The position numbers and the translations under genes were made by a program. Positions 10,703-24,156 of a DNA stretch of 64,000 bases are shown piece after piece; position 1 is the first letter of the stretch; every line of letters begins with the position of its first letter. The notes beneath the pieces are model-generated. The model saw only the letters and a program-made list of their open reading frames with translations. It searched no databases and had not been told where the DNA came from. This DNA comes from Eledone cirrhosa (lineage: Eukaryota), in NCBI GenBank assembly GCA_964016885.1, contig OZ024745.1, positions 80,724,001-80,788,000 on the forward strand, written 5' to 3'.

Positions 10703-13700
10703 TGTGGCTACCTTGAGTCTCTCTGGTCCACGTGGGGTACTTTCCGCTCGCGTCTGTCTTCACACGTCCGTCACCTTGCAGGGCGTATAGCTAAGAGGGC
10801 TCTGTTCACGGCCTGATCCCTCGAGTCGCCCCCCGTCCTGCTGCTTCTGGTCAGGCGTCCCTCAACTTCCGGAAATCCTCCTCCCGCGGCAGCTCTACAC
10901 CCCCTCTATCTCGCGGCAGCCCACACACGCCCCCCTGATCTCAAGGATCAAACCCCCCCCCCATCACACTGCTCCATCTCAAAATCCGCCATCCACCTAA
11001 GTTGGCTGCAGATCCGTTCCAATCTCCGCACTGTTGGGGCGGCTCTTTCATTTTCCTCTTCCTCGGAGTCCGTCACCATAACGACTCTATGGACGTCCAA
11101 GACGTGACGTGGAATTCCGTCCACAGACACGTTGTTTTGGGAATTTACGACGGTTACCATTCCCTTTCTCCATTGAGATGTGCAACGCGCGTTCGGGGGC
11201 TGGACCCATACCTCTTCGCCCACTTGTACGAATGCGCTCTCTCTCTCTCTCCACCGGCTGCTGTGGTACCATGCACGGGTGCCGCCATTCATATCTATAT
11301 ATTGCCCTGTGCGGCACCGACTCCTCGGCCTGTCCCCCCCCCCCCCCCCCGCGGAGACATGTTGTACCAGAACACTGCCTCCATTGGCGAAATGTGCCCC
11401 CTTTCCGCCATGGCCTTGATCGTGCGATGGTGTCTCTCCACGATCCCATTTCCGCTTGGCCTGTATGCCGCTCTGAAGAAGCGGTTCACCTTCCATTTGT
11501 CAAGCATTTCCCTCAGCGCCTCCGAGCGAAACGCCGTGCTGTTGTCCATCAGTAGTTTATCCACAAGGCCCCGCTCCAAGAATATCTCTCTCAGCGTCCG
11601 CACGATTTCCTCTGCAGTCCCTGTCTTCATTTCCCTCCATACCGCCATCCGTCCCGGCCCACAATCGACCATCAAAAGATACGTTCCTTGTCGGTAGTGT
11701 GTCACGTCCACCGTTAATCGCTTCCAGTTGTGCTCCACCGGGATGCTTCCTGTCTCGTGCACACCCGGGGCAGGGTCGATAGACTGGCATCTGTCGCAAC
11801 CTCCGACCACTCTCTGGACACTCTGCTAACATCAAAGTCGATTCCCCTGGCTAGGAACAGGGTCCTATCCACCCCTATGTGGTGCATGGCGTGCAGTCTC
11901 CTCAACTCCGAATCCCTCAGCCGACACACTGCCGCTATCGCTTTCTCTGCGTCCCCTGGCGTTTCCAGCCAGGCTTTCTTCACCTGGTTAATACGTCTGC
12001 CCTGTTTTTCTCTGAGGGTACAAAACTACACTTAACTCCAGGCTGAACTTAGTGGACAGCTCTCCCAGAGTTCCCAGGCGGCGCTTTATCAACATTTCTG
12101 CTGCCCCTCTCGTTCGCACCCTCCTCTCACTGGTAAGCACTGATCTCACCCATCCAAGTACAGTGGCCGAGTCAATGCGAATTTCTATGGTGCGCAGCCC
12201 CCATCTCAGGGCGAGATTCACCCCTCTCAGCATAGCATCCAGTTCGGCCACGTTGATATGGTTGTAGTCCTCCTTCTTCCTGAGCCAGGCTGCGTCCTCG
12301 AGACCTCGACGCCCCCCTATCTCCAGAGTGACCCCTAGTGCTATGCTGCTGGCATCACACCATACGATCCCCTCTCCGATTTGGGGACGTACCAGCGTCC
12401 CCTCACTGGGTCATCCGCCTTTACCCTCTCCACGATTTCCTGCATCATGGCCACTGTCCTCTCGCCAACCCCGTCAGCCCAGCTCATTCTGCTCGTGTCT
12501 TGACATAGCTGCATGCCGTCCGAAACCACCCTGCGATCGGATAGTGGCCCACCAATTTACCACACATTGAGAAGAGTTCCCGTCTATTCACATCGGGGCC
12601 CAATTCCGGGACTTCGTTACCCCTCCGAAACACGAGTGTGCCCGTCTTATCCCTTTGCAGCTTGAGTCCTAGCGCGGCTCCTCCTTCCATCGCCTCCAGC
12701 GGTTTCGCGGTCAGCCCGAACCTTCCCAAGAGGCCTGAGACTTCTGCTGCTGACACCACCGTCTCGTCCACCAAGATGACGTCGATGTAGGAATTGGTGG
12801 CCCTCTTCACCTTGTCTGCTTTCCCCCGAATGGTCTTGAGGACCGTCGCCATGATTTTTGGTGCAGAGTTCAACCCAAAGCCAAGCCTGGTCAGGCAGTA
12901 TGTCTGGCCCTTATACCTGACCAGCTGATATTTCCACAGCTTCTCATCCACGTGTAACTGCAGATATGCCGACTTTAAGTCGACAATCGTGGAGGCCCCC
13001 GTCATTCGTCTCCACTCTCGCAAAGTTTCCCCCCAAACATCTGTGACCTCACCACCTGTGTGGCATGACACGTGTTCGTTCAGCTCACGAAAGTCCAGCA
13101 CCGGCCTAACCTTGTCCTTCGTGGGCTGCACCACTGCCATCAGCGGCAACACTCCACACTTCACCTCCTCCTTCCAAGGAAGCAGTATACCCTCCCCGAT
13201 CCATCTCTGTACCTCTCCCTCAGACTTGCTTCTGGCATTTCCTTTTAGGGTATGCTGATAGCAGCCTACTCTATTCTTCAGCGTTGGTGGATCTTCTTTC
13301 CAGTACCACTCAACTACCCACCGCTGCCCATCGAACACCACCCTGAAATCCTTGTCCTGTGTGGTATTTTCTTCGTGGACTCTCCCAGCACGCTCACAGC
13401 CCATGATGTCCTCTCGCTACCAAACGTCACCCCGACTTCACTCACTGTAACACCTCCAAGGCAGCCAATCGCGTCCATGCCCATAACTACATTGATTCTG
13501 GCCACCACCTGGTCAATCACGATCGCCCGAAGCCTAATTTTTTCCCCGTACCACCATCGACACCTCGCTGGTACCTCTGCATCTAATCTCCCTGCCGTCG
13601 ACTGCCCTTATACTGTTCATCCCGCTCCACTTTTTAACCACCTCCGTGGTCACTAGTGTTGTCGTGCAACCCGTTTCCATGAGTGCTCATGATGCCCCCC

Positions 13701-13790
13701 CCCCCCCCCCTCACCAAAACTTCCACTACGAGCAGCGACTACAAAGACGTCTCTACTTGCTTCCAGGGGTGACTACCGGCACAGTAACGA
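10703..13790 (-). mobile_element. Gypsy/Ty3 LTR retrotransposon, 5'-truncated, with disrupted pol and a probable 3' LTR
   Basis: Order protease (ALMETG, degenerate DTG), RT (RPVLDFRELN, DLKSAYLQ, RLGFGL, YIDV), RNase H (CDASS), integrase (H-H/C-C, D..DN..E). Polypurine tract at about 10952-10962; TG..CA LTR candidate 10950 to 10703. Confidence 0.9.
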
Positions 13791-14143
13791 AATGATCTGT
13801 TGCTGAGGTCGCCTTTCGTTTCTCCATACAAGGATGAGAAGGAGCCGTCCTTTATTGTGTATGCAGACGTGTGCATTTAATAATCTGAGTTAAACTTTTA
13901 CCTTTTCAACTGACATCACTGATCAAACATCAGAAGAGATTCATGTCAAATGTAACAAATCATTTAACATCATTCTTTAATCACTTTATTTTCGTCTATG
14001 TATAGTTTTCTAAAATAAATATATTAATAACTAACAGAAATACTCCCTGATCGGGCAGATTTTCTGCTAGCGTGACCATGTATGTGTCTATGTGTTTGTG
14101 TGTAAAGATAGGAAAGACATACACACATCCATTGTTATACACG

Positions 14144-14245
<102 letters not shown>

Positions 14246-14365
14246 TATATACGGTATGTTTATGAATAAACATTAGAAAGCCATAGCTATGAATTTTGGA
14301 AGCTGTTTTACACCATGTTGATGGTGTAGGGAAGAACAAAGGTGAGACACAAAATACAAAACCCA

Positions 14366-14408
14366 GTCACTGAGGAAGTCACAGAATGTGCGACAAAAGA
14401 GCTTTGAC
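14366..14408 (+). ncRNA. Degenerate minimal hammerhead (G12>A), paralogue of 17133..17175
   Basis: GTCA CTGAGGA A GTCACAGAATGTGCGAC AAAA GAGCTT TGAC, inside a diverged direct-repeat copy (about 14330-14560) of the pseudo-LTR at about 17090-17315. Confidence 0.55.
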
Positions 14409-14609
14409 AATATGTAAACAACCATCCAGTTATCGAACCAACCAACCAGCCAACCAGCCAACCAGCCAACCAGCCAACCGGGAATTTATAATAAATTGAA
14501 GTGAAAACCAATATGTGTGTATGTTTTTATTAGCAACATGACCCTCCCAAAGTATAACAATATCTGTTTCAACACACGTTTTCAGATAAGAAATCTTGCA
14601 AAACAAATT

Positions 14610-15026
<417 letters not shown>

Positions 15027-15189
15027 CAATGATATTAAATAAATGGAAACTATATTTATAAAACACACTTTGTATTTTATCTGTATTTTATCTGATGAAA
15101 GCGTACCAAAGTTTTTGGTACCCTTGAAATATATATAATAGAATAAATATGGTTTTATAAATATAGTTTCCATTTATTTAATATCATTG
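15027..15189. mobile_element. Mini-element: 38-bp inverted arms enclosing a hammerhead
   Basis: caatgatattaaataaatggaaactatatttataaaac (15027-15064) and its reverse complement (15152-15189). Confidence 0.75.
15085..15144 (+). ncRNA. Minimal type I hammerhead ribozyme
   Basis: ATTTTAT CTGATGA AAGCGTACC aaagttttt GGTACCCTT GAA ATATATAT A ATAGAAT: 7-bp stem I, intact core, palindromic stem III, AUA cleavage site. Confidence 0.8.
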
Positions 15190-15444
15190 AATATTATACT
15201 GAAGAAAACTTGTCGAGTGCTCTGAATCAGTTATAAACATTTATATTTGTTGAATAAACCAAAAAATTGAATATCCCTTCTGTTTATATACACACACACA
15301 CACACATATATATATATACATATACATATATATATATATAAATAGAATAGCTTTCACCGTATTTTTTACTAAAGAAATTTTAGCCTGATAATGGGGTTTA
15401 GAACCCTCAGATAAATAGAAAAAGATGAGTATTGTTGTACAACA

Positions 15445-15515
15445 CATGTGTTGGTGTAATGGTAGCACAGTGGTCTGGATAACCAAAGATGTGGGTTCGA
15501 CTCCCATGTACGTCA
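15445..15515 (+). tRNA. tRNA pseudogene or tRNA-derived head (anticodon-loop triplet GGA)
   Basis: CATGTGT TG GTGT AATGGTA GCAC A GTGGT CTGGATA ACCAA AGAT GTGGG TTCGACT CCCAT GTACGTC A folds as a 71-nt cloverleaf with a wobble-rich acceptor stem. Confidence 0.55.
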
Positions 15516-15632
15516 ATACTCATCGTTTTCCATGTATTGGTTATATATATATGAAAGACGTAAAATAAGAAAATTATAAAAATTAACTTACTTACTAAAA
15601 TTTCACTGCAACTAATTAGTTTCTGAAAGGGA

Positions 15633-15683
15633 ATAAACATGGTTTCCGAATGGAACATAGAGAATACCTTTCGTCATCAAGAA
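15633..15683 (-). ncRNA. Degenerate hammerhead-like motif
   Basis: - strand reads TTGATGA CGAA..TTCG GAAAC CATG TTT; C3>U and poor stem I. Confidence 0.35.
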
Positions 15684-16244
15684 GTCAATTCTCAGCTAAG
15701 TTCCTAGGCGATGCGTGGACACAGGGAACTTATACAAAAATAATTCAGTGGATGGAAAAAAGCAAGCGAGGACTAAATTCCAAGACATTGAAAAAATCAC
15801 TGCCTACTTGGTCGGTGGCAAATTCAAAAGAATCAATCACGTGACATAGAGGTTAATCAGTGAGGAGTGGGGTGTTAAGAAGACAGTAGCCGGACTATTA
15901 CTATGAACTATAGTAGTAGTTTTGGCAAATTTTTGCTCAACAAAATAATTTGGAGATAATTATAAAGAATTAGTATATCTACTAACATATATATACAGAT
16001 GCATACCTCTGACCTCTATAAAAGTTGACCATTTAGTTACCTACCTAGCTATGTGTGGTTACACACTTGTAAAAATTATCTCCTGTGATTATTCATGTTT
16101 ATTTATATGTTAATCAATCTCTAGTTATTATAAAATGCTCGTTAGAATCTTAGAGCTTATTTTGCGGGTGATATGGCGCATGTCTTTCTGGCATGACACC
16201 CATAATTTTGATTTAGATTAAATTCATTTGATTTATCTTAATTT

Positions 16245-16278
<34 letters not shown>

Positions 16279-16342
16279 AAGAAATTAAAAGATGGTTAAA
16301 AAAGTTCTATGTATTTTATTATGCGCATTTCAAAAACAAATA

Positions 16343-17320
16343 TGTCTCATCTATGTACACTATATTCTTATCTTTACATTGTCCTTCAGTACATCTTATG
16401 CTATATACTATGTTTCTAGTTTTACAGTTAATATGGGGGCTTAGTTTACAGATTATGCATTTCTTATCTATACAGGGAGGTCTTTGAAAAGGGTATGTAT
16501 TACTAATAGTAATACATACCCCTATTAATAATACACACCCTTTTCAAAGACCTCCCTGTATAGATAAGAAATGCATAATCTGTAAACTAAGCCCCCATAT
16601 TAACTGTAAAACTAGAAACATAGTATATAGCATAAGATGTACTGAAGGACAATGTAAAGATAAGAATATAGTGTACATAGGTGAGACAGCTCGTAGTATA
16701 GGAGAACGGTTAAATGAACACTGGCGAGAGCTTCAAGATAAAAAAGAATCATCAGTACTCCACCATGCTAAAATAGAACATAAGGGCAAATTAAAGAACA
16801 TAGAAATAAAAACAAATCTACACACAGAAAAAACGCAATGTTTAGACAAATCACGGAGGCAATAAACATAAATGAACTCCAACCAAAATTAAATAGAAAA
16901 CATGAATGGAATAGCAACATCACAACTTACAATTAAGAACAAAATGAAAACACACACACACAGAACAAACAACCAACCAGTAACATGTAAATAAACAAAT
17001 AAATAAACAAATAAAAACACACATAGACACCCGGATGTAACACATGCGCAAACTAAGCACACAACACACACAAAAACAAGATGGCGCAGGACAGAACAAA
17101 GGAGAGGCACAAAACAAAGAAAAGAATCCCCAGTCACTGAAGAGGTCACAGAATGTGTGACGAAAGAACTTTGACAACATATGAACAACCGTCCGGTTGT
17201 GGAACCAACCAACCAACCGGAAATTTATAAATTTAATTTATAATAAATTGGAGTGAAAGCAACTGGTGCGTGTGTTTCTTATTGGCAACATGACCCTCCC
17301 AAAGTATAACAATATATATA
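16343..17320 (+). mobile_element. Penelope-like element 3' fragment (Neptune-like Cys-rich linker plus GIY-YIG) with 5' fold-back inversion
   Basis: PCIDKKCIICK..NCKTRNIVYSIRC..C..VYIGETARSIGERLNEH; the first ~167 bp are an inverted copy of the start of this fragment; pseudo-LTR with hammerhead downstream. Confidence 0.85.
17133..17175 (+). ncRNA. Minimal hammerhead in the Penelope pseudo-LTR
   Basis: GTCA CTGAAGA G GTCAC agaatgt GTGAC GAAA G AA CT T TGAC, about 230 nt downstream of the GIY-YIG remnant. Confidence 0.7.
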
Positions 17321-17703
17321 TAGTTATGTAATAAACAACATAAGATAATTATTTCATTTACCAGTGGTTTCTTGAAGGCAGATGTTGTGTCTGTCTTCAG
17401 TCGTCAGAATGAATAAATAACATAGTGTTTTTATTAATTATGGATTTGAAAACAAAATTTAGGAAATATGAAAGTGAGGCTGAAAAAAACGGGCGAAAAG
17501 GAAATAGCGAAAATAAATAAATAAATAAATATAAAAAATATATATATAAAAAAATAAATATCCAGAACATATCTGCGTCTAAATAGAAATACAGACAGGA
17601 ACATAAATACATACACATGATGACTGAAGACAGACACAACATCTGCCTTCAAGAAACCACTGATAAATGAAATAATTATCTTATGTTGTTTATTACATAA
17701 CTA
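17321..17703. mobile_element. Non-coding mini-element with 86-bp inverted arms that carry a hammerhead
   Basis: Arms 17321-17406 and 17618-17703 are near-perfect reverse complements. Confidence 0.75.
17353..17413 (-). ncRNA. Type I hammerhead ribozyme
   Basis: - strand reads TTCATT CTGACGA CTGAAGACAGA cacaaca TCTGCCTTCAA GAAAC CACTG GTA AATGAA: 6-bp stem I, intact core, GUA site. Confidence 0.82.
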
Positions 17704-17768
17704 ATAAGCTCTGTAGCCTACATAGAGCACTCTTTTTTCCTGTACCTTTCCGACGGAAATACTTCATT

Positions 17769-17859
<91 letters not shown>

Positions 17860-17862
<3 letters not shown>

Positions 17863-18053
17863 GGAACCAGTAAGACCCCGACAGCTGAGCTCAAGCCGTT
17901 TCGACGGCTAATTCTGGACTCAGAATTAGCCGTCGAAACGGCTTGAGCTCAGCTGTCGGGGTCTTACTGGTTCCTATTACCCACTCTACTACCTCAAGTA
18001 TTGAGTACTTTGGTGCGTTATGGTCCACCTGGTTCCTTACCACATTTCCTTCG

Positions 18054-18056
<3 letters not shown>
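17860..18056 (+). repeat. Hairpin-headed ~190-bp repeat, copy 2
   Basis: Perfect 57-bp arms (17860-17916/17921-17977) with the same tail, flanked by (TA)n. Confidence 0.9.
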
Positions 18057-18096
<40 letters not shown>

Positions 18097-18218
18097 TATA
18101 TATATACATATATACCTACATACACACATACATACACATATATATATACACATACACACACACATATATATATATACATATACAAGCACATACATGTATA
18201 TACTAACGCAAACACACA

Positions 18219-18309
<91 letters not shown>

Positions 18310-18621
18310 ATTCTTCTATAGAATGTGCATTTAGTATATACACAATAAACCAATATATGGCTCCTTCCTTCTCAATGTAAACACACATGAATGTAAACAA
18401 AAGTATACATACGTACACATACAAACTAACTGATACACACAGCCGTACATAAACCCATACACACACATATATAACCTATATATACTCACATACACATATA
18501 ATATATCCGTATTTCAACATATATATATATACACACATATACATACACAAACACATACATATATAGGAAAAGAGTCAGGACCCCGACGGCTGAGCTACAG
18601 TCGTTTCGACAGCAAGTTTCT

Positions 18622-20530
18622 GCTTCAGCTGTTAAATGCTGCGGTCGAAAGAGGCTTGGTGCGGTGCCGGATGGCTTGAAGATCCCTTGGTTCAATCAAG
18701 TGGTCAATATGCAATCCGAGCAAAGAAAGAGGCTTACAAAGGTTAGCTTGGAAATAAGTCCTCCTTCTTGCACATACGGTACAAGCAGGCACGAAGAATC
18801 GTAGCAGAAACAGTAAAGATATGGGAGGACTTTGAGGTTAAGCTGGAATCCGACTTCAGATCAACAAATAAAGTCTTCTGGCAGACCATCAGCCGACTTC
18901 GTAATAAGAAGTCCTCCTCTCCACATGCTATCAAGAACGCGTCTGGGATTCTCTTCTTTTCAGAGAGGTGCACCCTCGCAAGGTGGAGAGAATACTTTGC
19001 TGATATCTTAAACCTGATCACAACAGCATATTCAGGTGTACACGAGGTGCATCTGGGAGCGGTGATTAATCTCTCAGAGGCTGAGGTCACAAGAGCAGTT
19101 AAAGAGCTGAAATGTGGCAAGGCCGCTGGGGACGATGAAATCCGACCCGAGATATTAAAAACCTTAAATAGAGAAGGTATTCTCTGGCTGACGCGTATAT
19201 GCCGGGTGGCCTGGTTCTCTGGAAATGCACCTAAGCAATAGCAATCGGGAGTGATAATCCCAATTTTCTAAAAGGGGGACAAGATATATTGTTCCAATTA
19301 TTGAGGAATCTCCTACTTAAGCCTCCCTGGTAAAGTCTATGTTAAGTGTCTGGCAAAGAGATGCAGGGAGGTTGTCGAGTCCAAGCTAGCTTATGAACAG
19401 TACGATTTTCGTCCCGGACGCAGCACAGACGACCAAATATTCATACTGCAGCAGATATTCGAGAAATCGTGGGAGTATTGCTAAGAGGTATATTCTTGTT
19501 TTGTCGACTTTGAAAAGGCATATGATCGCGACCTTCGGGATATACTGTGGAAGGTTGTGCAGGAGTATGGGACTGATGGTCAGGTTCTTGCAGCTCTGAT
19601 GTCTCTATACGAATGCCCGATTATTTATGTTCGGATAAATGGTGTTAAATCGAAACCATTCAATGTGGGAGTCAGACTCTGCCAAGGGTGTGTACTGCCA
19701 TCTCTCCTGTTCATGGTTGACTTTGCCTTTCATCCTTACGGGGTCGATAAAATAAAGTACCAGTAATGCACTGGGTAATTGCTGGCCTTGTGCCTAAAGT
19801 AGAAACAATTATTTACATGAACAGGATTGATATGCGTAACCGGGTTGGAAGTGGTATCACGACTGGCGGGTGTAAAATGAGTCGGCTGGAATTTGCAGAC
19901 AAGATGTTACTTAATTCGGCAGAAGGTGATCTCCGACTTGCACTTGATAGGTTTGATGAGTGTTAAATGGCTGGAATGAAAAACAGTGCGGCAAAAACTG
20001 AGACACTCGTCCTCTCAAGGAAGCTTGCGCAGTGAACTCTATATGTGGCTCCCACATACCAGAGAACGCTCCTCCACTCTAATAGGGCCCGCATCAGTGT
20101 GGTAGCGAATGCTGAGTTGTGTTGTTACTTGTGGACCGAAAAAATACAAGCAGCCGAAAGGGGTTCCTCCGAAGGGTCTTTGGAGAAGCATTATTCGATA
20201 GAGTGCGCAGTTAGGAGATCAGAGAGTCGCCCCAGCTAGAGCTGCTACTTCTCCGAATTGAGAGATCACAGCTCTAGTATTATGGGCATGTGGTTAGAAT
20301 GTCTTAGGTAAGAATCGCCGGAAAGATTTTACGGGAAAAAACAACCGACAGGAAACCCAATGGTAGACCCCGAGAAAGATGGTTGGATAACATCTATGAG
20401 CTCGGCTGATCTCACTTGGGGATCCAGCCGGATCAGTTGGAGGCGGTTGCTTGTGATAGGACTCGCTGGAAGGAGTGTTTGAGGACTCCGCCGCCACGAC
20501 CTTCCAGAGGAATAAGTGGATGAAGAAGAA
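18622..20530 (+). mobile_element. RTE-clade LINE, 5'-truncated pseudogene with an internal SINE insertion (about 19717-19812)
   Basis: GKAAGDDEIRPEILK, FVDFEKAYDR, GVRLCQGCVL, EFADK; many stops; 3' (GAA)n tail. Confidence 0.88.
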
Positions 20531-23500
20531 GGCTTGTTTTCATGTCTATATACTAAAAATGTGTAAATAAAATACATATTTACGCATTGTATTCTGTATA
20601 AATACAGGTATATAACTTTATGAGTGTCTTTATGTATGTCTGTGTATCTGTGTGTTTGTGTGTGTATGTGTGAGTGTCAGGGTGTATATGCGTGTGTATG
20701 TGTGTATATGCGTCTGCATGAGCGTGTGTACCCACTTGATACTGATATAGGCTGACTTCTCAATAAATTTGGTAATGATGAAAGGTAATATTCGGAAATA
20801 ACAGATAAGGGTGAGTCATGTTTCAGTCTTCTCCCTTGTCGAAAAAAATGACGTCATACTACATGAGATGACGTCGACGAGTATGTTATTTGTTGTTTAA
20901 CATATATAGCTGTCACTCCTTTGAGTGGAATCTCATGCTCAGACGTGTTGACATTCAACTATTTTGACATAGGAATAAACAAAAAACAAAAAAACACAAC
21001 GTATTATTTTGGGGGCAGTGGATTGTCAGATTCGCTCGAGAATCATCCTTAAGGGGTCGATAAAATAAAATACCAGTAAAATACTAGAGTCGATATGATC
21101 AATTTTCATTTCTGCTGGTCTTGTACCTAAATTATTTGAGCCCTCTCTATGTGGTGGTGGGAAAATGCTAGAAATAGCATCCGAATCAGCCTCACTAAAG
21201 ACATAGAAGGAAGGACACCATTGGATAATGTAGTCCAAAATAAACAATATCCGAATAAAAGACGAGATGGTCACGGAATGAATATCTTTAATCTGTCAGA
21301 TCAAGGCAAACGAACTACCTCATCCTAGCATGCGAGTCAACATCGAGCATCTATCTTGTAGCACATAGCTACTAAAAATAGAAACCAAATCTCCTTCAAA
21401 TCACACATTAGAAGACATGTCGGTCATAGTTGGAAAGTCTTGGATCAAAAGTCAGTTCAATTAACATTAAGCGGAATTAAAAACAATGATAGGATGTGGG
21501 GCTTTCATATTAGTAAGTAATGGTAAATAACAATAAATAGTTACTAGTGAAAGGTTTAAATGTTGGGCAAAATATGTTATAATAAAAGATGTTGACCATG
21601 ATTTCAATTCTTGCCTGTGTCAGAGTTTATTCAATATGTAAATAGGAAGAAAATAGCCTTTTTACCAATATATTAATCTGGCAAAAGATTGCTTCTCTTA
21701 TAATTGTTTCTACTTTTGGCACAAGGTCAGCAATTACCCAGTACATTACTGGTACTTTATTTTATCGACTCCGTAAGGATGAAAGGCAAAGTTAACCTCG
21801 ACGGGATTTGAACTCAGACCGTAAAGGGACGTAAATATGATGGAAAGCATCGCGTCCGACTCCATGCTTCTCTTATAATGAGAATTGTAAGGTTTATTTG
21901 TAATTGGAAAGTAATGACAGATCTATGACTCACCACTACTGATAACTAACAATACTTATCTGTGATTGGGAAATAATCAGAAATCAATGACTCACAGCTA
22001 CTGATGACTAACAATTATTACAGGATTTCAGCAAAGCTAGGAAAATATCAGTCACTTCCTATGAAATAACTCAAATGATTAATACTGAATATATATCAGT
22101 CACTTCCTGTGAGCCAACTCAAATGACTAATATTGAATAATCTGGTTAACAAGTGATTGATAGGTCTTTTGGTAGATTTTGCTTAGTTTTTTTTAATTTG
22201 TTTCATTTTAAGGGATAAATGATTGTTGTTGTTTAGTGCCTATTTTATTTTATTCCTTCCTAGTAGTTAGGGTGTTGCACTTAGGATCATAATGTTGTGG
22301 ATTGAATTCCTGGATTGGGTTGTGTGCTGTGTTCTCGAGCAAAACACTTCCTTTCGTGTTGCTCCAGTATACTCAGTTGAAAATGAGTACTAGCAGTAGC
22401 TGGAGGCTTAACCTTTTGATAGACTGTCATCCTGTCCAGGGAGTAGTGTTGTACTCCCAGTCACTTAATGCCAATGAAACCAGGATAAGCACTAGCCTAA
22501 AGAACATCCGGGCTTGAGACAGACGTGTGTCTCATCCATCACCCTTAAACATGTTCAACAGAGCAACATCTTTTCCTCATCAAATATTCTAATGTTTCTC
22601 TTTCTTTATTGTTAATATGCAACAGTGTGTTCCATTTCCAAAGAATTTTTGAGAAAGCAATATGGATATCAACAAATTCTTAAATAATGCCTGGCTCTTC
22701 TTCATGCAGTGCATTAATTAAATTGCTCCCTCCACAGTGCCTCTTCTGCCATACTCTTAATCCCAATGGCCCACAAGTCCCCTCCAACATACCTGCACTC
22801 TCCCACTCCACATCCACCCCATGCCAACATGGAAAATGAACATAAAATGATCATTATGACGATATACATTTGTACCATGTTATTGCTGGCAGTTAAAAAA
22901 ACAAAACAAAAAACAAAAACCATTGTTATTTTATAATAGCGTCAGGTTGGTCAATGTCTCGTGAGTGAAATTTGGTAGATGGGGACTCTACGGAAGCCTG
23001 CAATGTGTGAATGCATGTGTGTATGTATCTGAATCTGTGTTTTCGTTCACTGCTTTTTTTATGTCCTATTATAGAACGATTACGACTAACGCTATTGATC
23101 GTAAATCAATCAAGGCCGGCCTGGAGCTAAACAACGTCATCATCACTAACACCATAACTCATCAAAATAATGATAACAACAATAATAATAAAGAATTTAT
23201 TTTAAGTCAGATTAAATGAACTAGATAAAAGCAGACTTTCCACTTCTCCTCGTCCGGCGGGGAGATCTCCCAACCACTTTGGGGTGGGTAAGAGATGCCT
23301 TCTCTTGTGAAAATGGGTATAGCTTTCATTATGTAAAATCTCCCCATTTTGCCTCATTTTTCCGTTTTGGGGCACTTCCTTTCATGGTACTCCCCATTTG
23401 GGTTTTTAGAGGTTGGCAGGTCTGTAAAAGTAACAATTATCATATATACGAATGGTGTACTTGTCTTATTACTTTTATTAAGGCATAACCTTCAACATAA

Positions 23501-23599
23501 TATTACAAATAGAAAGAGAAGAAGAAAAGAAAGAAAAGGGAAAGGAAAAAAGAAAGAGAAAAAAACGCACTAGCAGGTAATACACACATCTAGGACCAC

Positions 23600-24156
23600 A
23601 TACAATAAAAGGCAGGCGAAAGGGGTGTACAAAGGAACCGCTGCCAAAGCAAAAGATAACAATAATGGGAGGAGCACTGGGAAACCTCTAATAATTTTTG
23701 AGGCAAGCCAACACGCTCGCTGCGTTACCTCGGGTGATGGCAAGGCTGATGCGCTGGAACAACCAAGCGCGCTCCTGAGCATCACCAGTTACCTCGTTTA
23801 GGCGAGTCGCCAGTGAAGACAAGAACCTCGCAGTTTGCAACCCCACTCGCCAAACGCCTGGAACGCCACAGACTGGAAAATGTAGTTAGCCGACAGATCA
23901 CGGTATTTTAGGATTTTGTTCCGTTCGACTGCGGAAGCTGTAGCTCTCGCCCTAACTGCAACATCCAGGATGTGGAAAGAAGCAAGAGTCACTAACTGTG
24001 ACGTCCAAGATAAGACACCGGCCTCTTAACCAGGGGCACAGGGTAAAATCGTCTGGTCTTTCCCCATCAATTCTGAACAACCTAGACGGTTCCAAAATTG
24101 AGGGATGTTTGCCCGGGCCAAAGCTCTCTTGATGATAAGGTTTAGTTCAGTGTGGC
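23600..24156 (-). mobile_element. CRE-like non-LTR element 3' fragment (restriction-like endonuclease)
   Basis: HTELNLIIKRAL..LEPSRLFRIDGERPDD..PW..WD.T..TLAS..ERNKILKY..FQSVAF. Confidence 0.7.

Noticed and set aside
11002-11697. + strand 231-aa and 148-aa ORFs
   Set aside because: Antisense shadows of the GC-rich Gypsy integrase.
18600-18630. CTGAAGC on the - strand as the missing 5' hammerhead core of the hairpin family
   Set aside because: Those bases appear to belong to the adjacent RTE reading frame (SAVKCCGRKRLG), so the match is probably coincidental.
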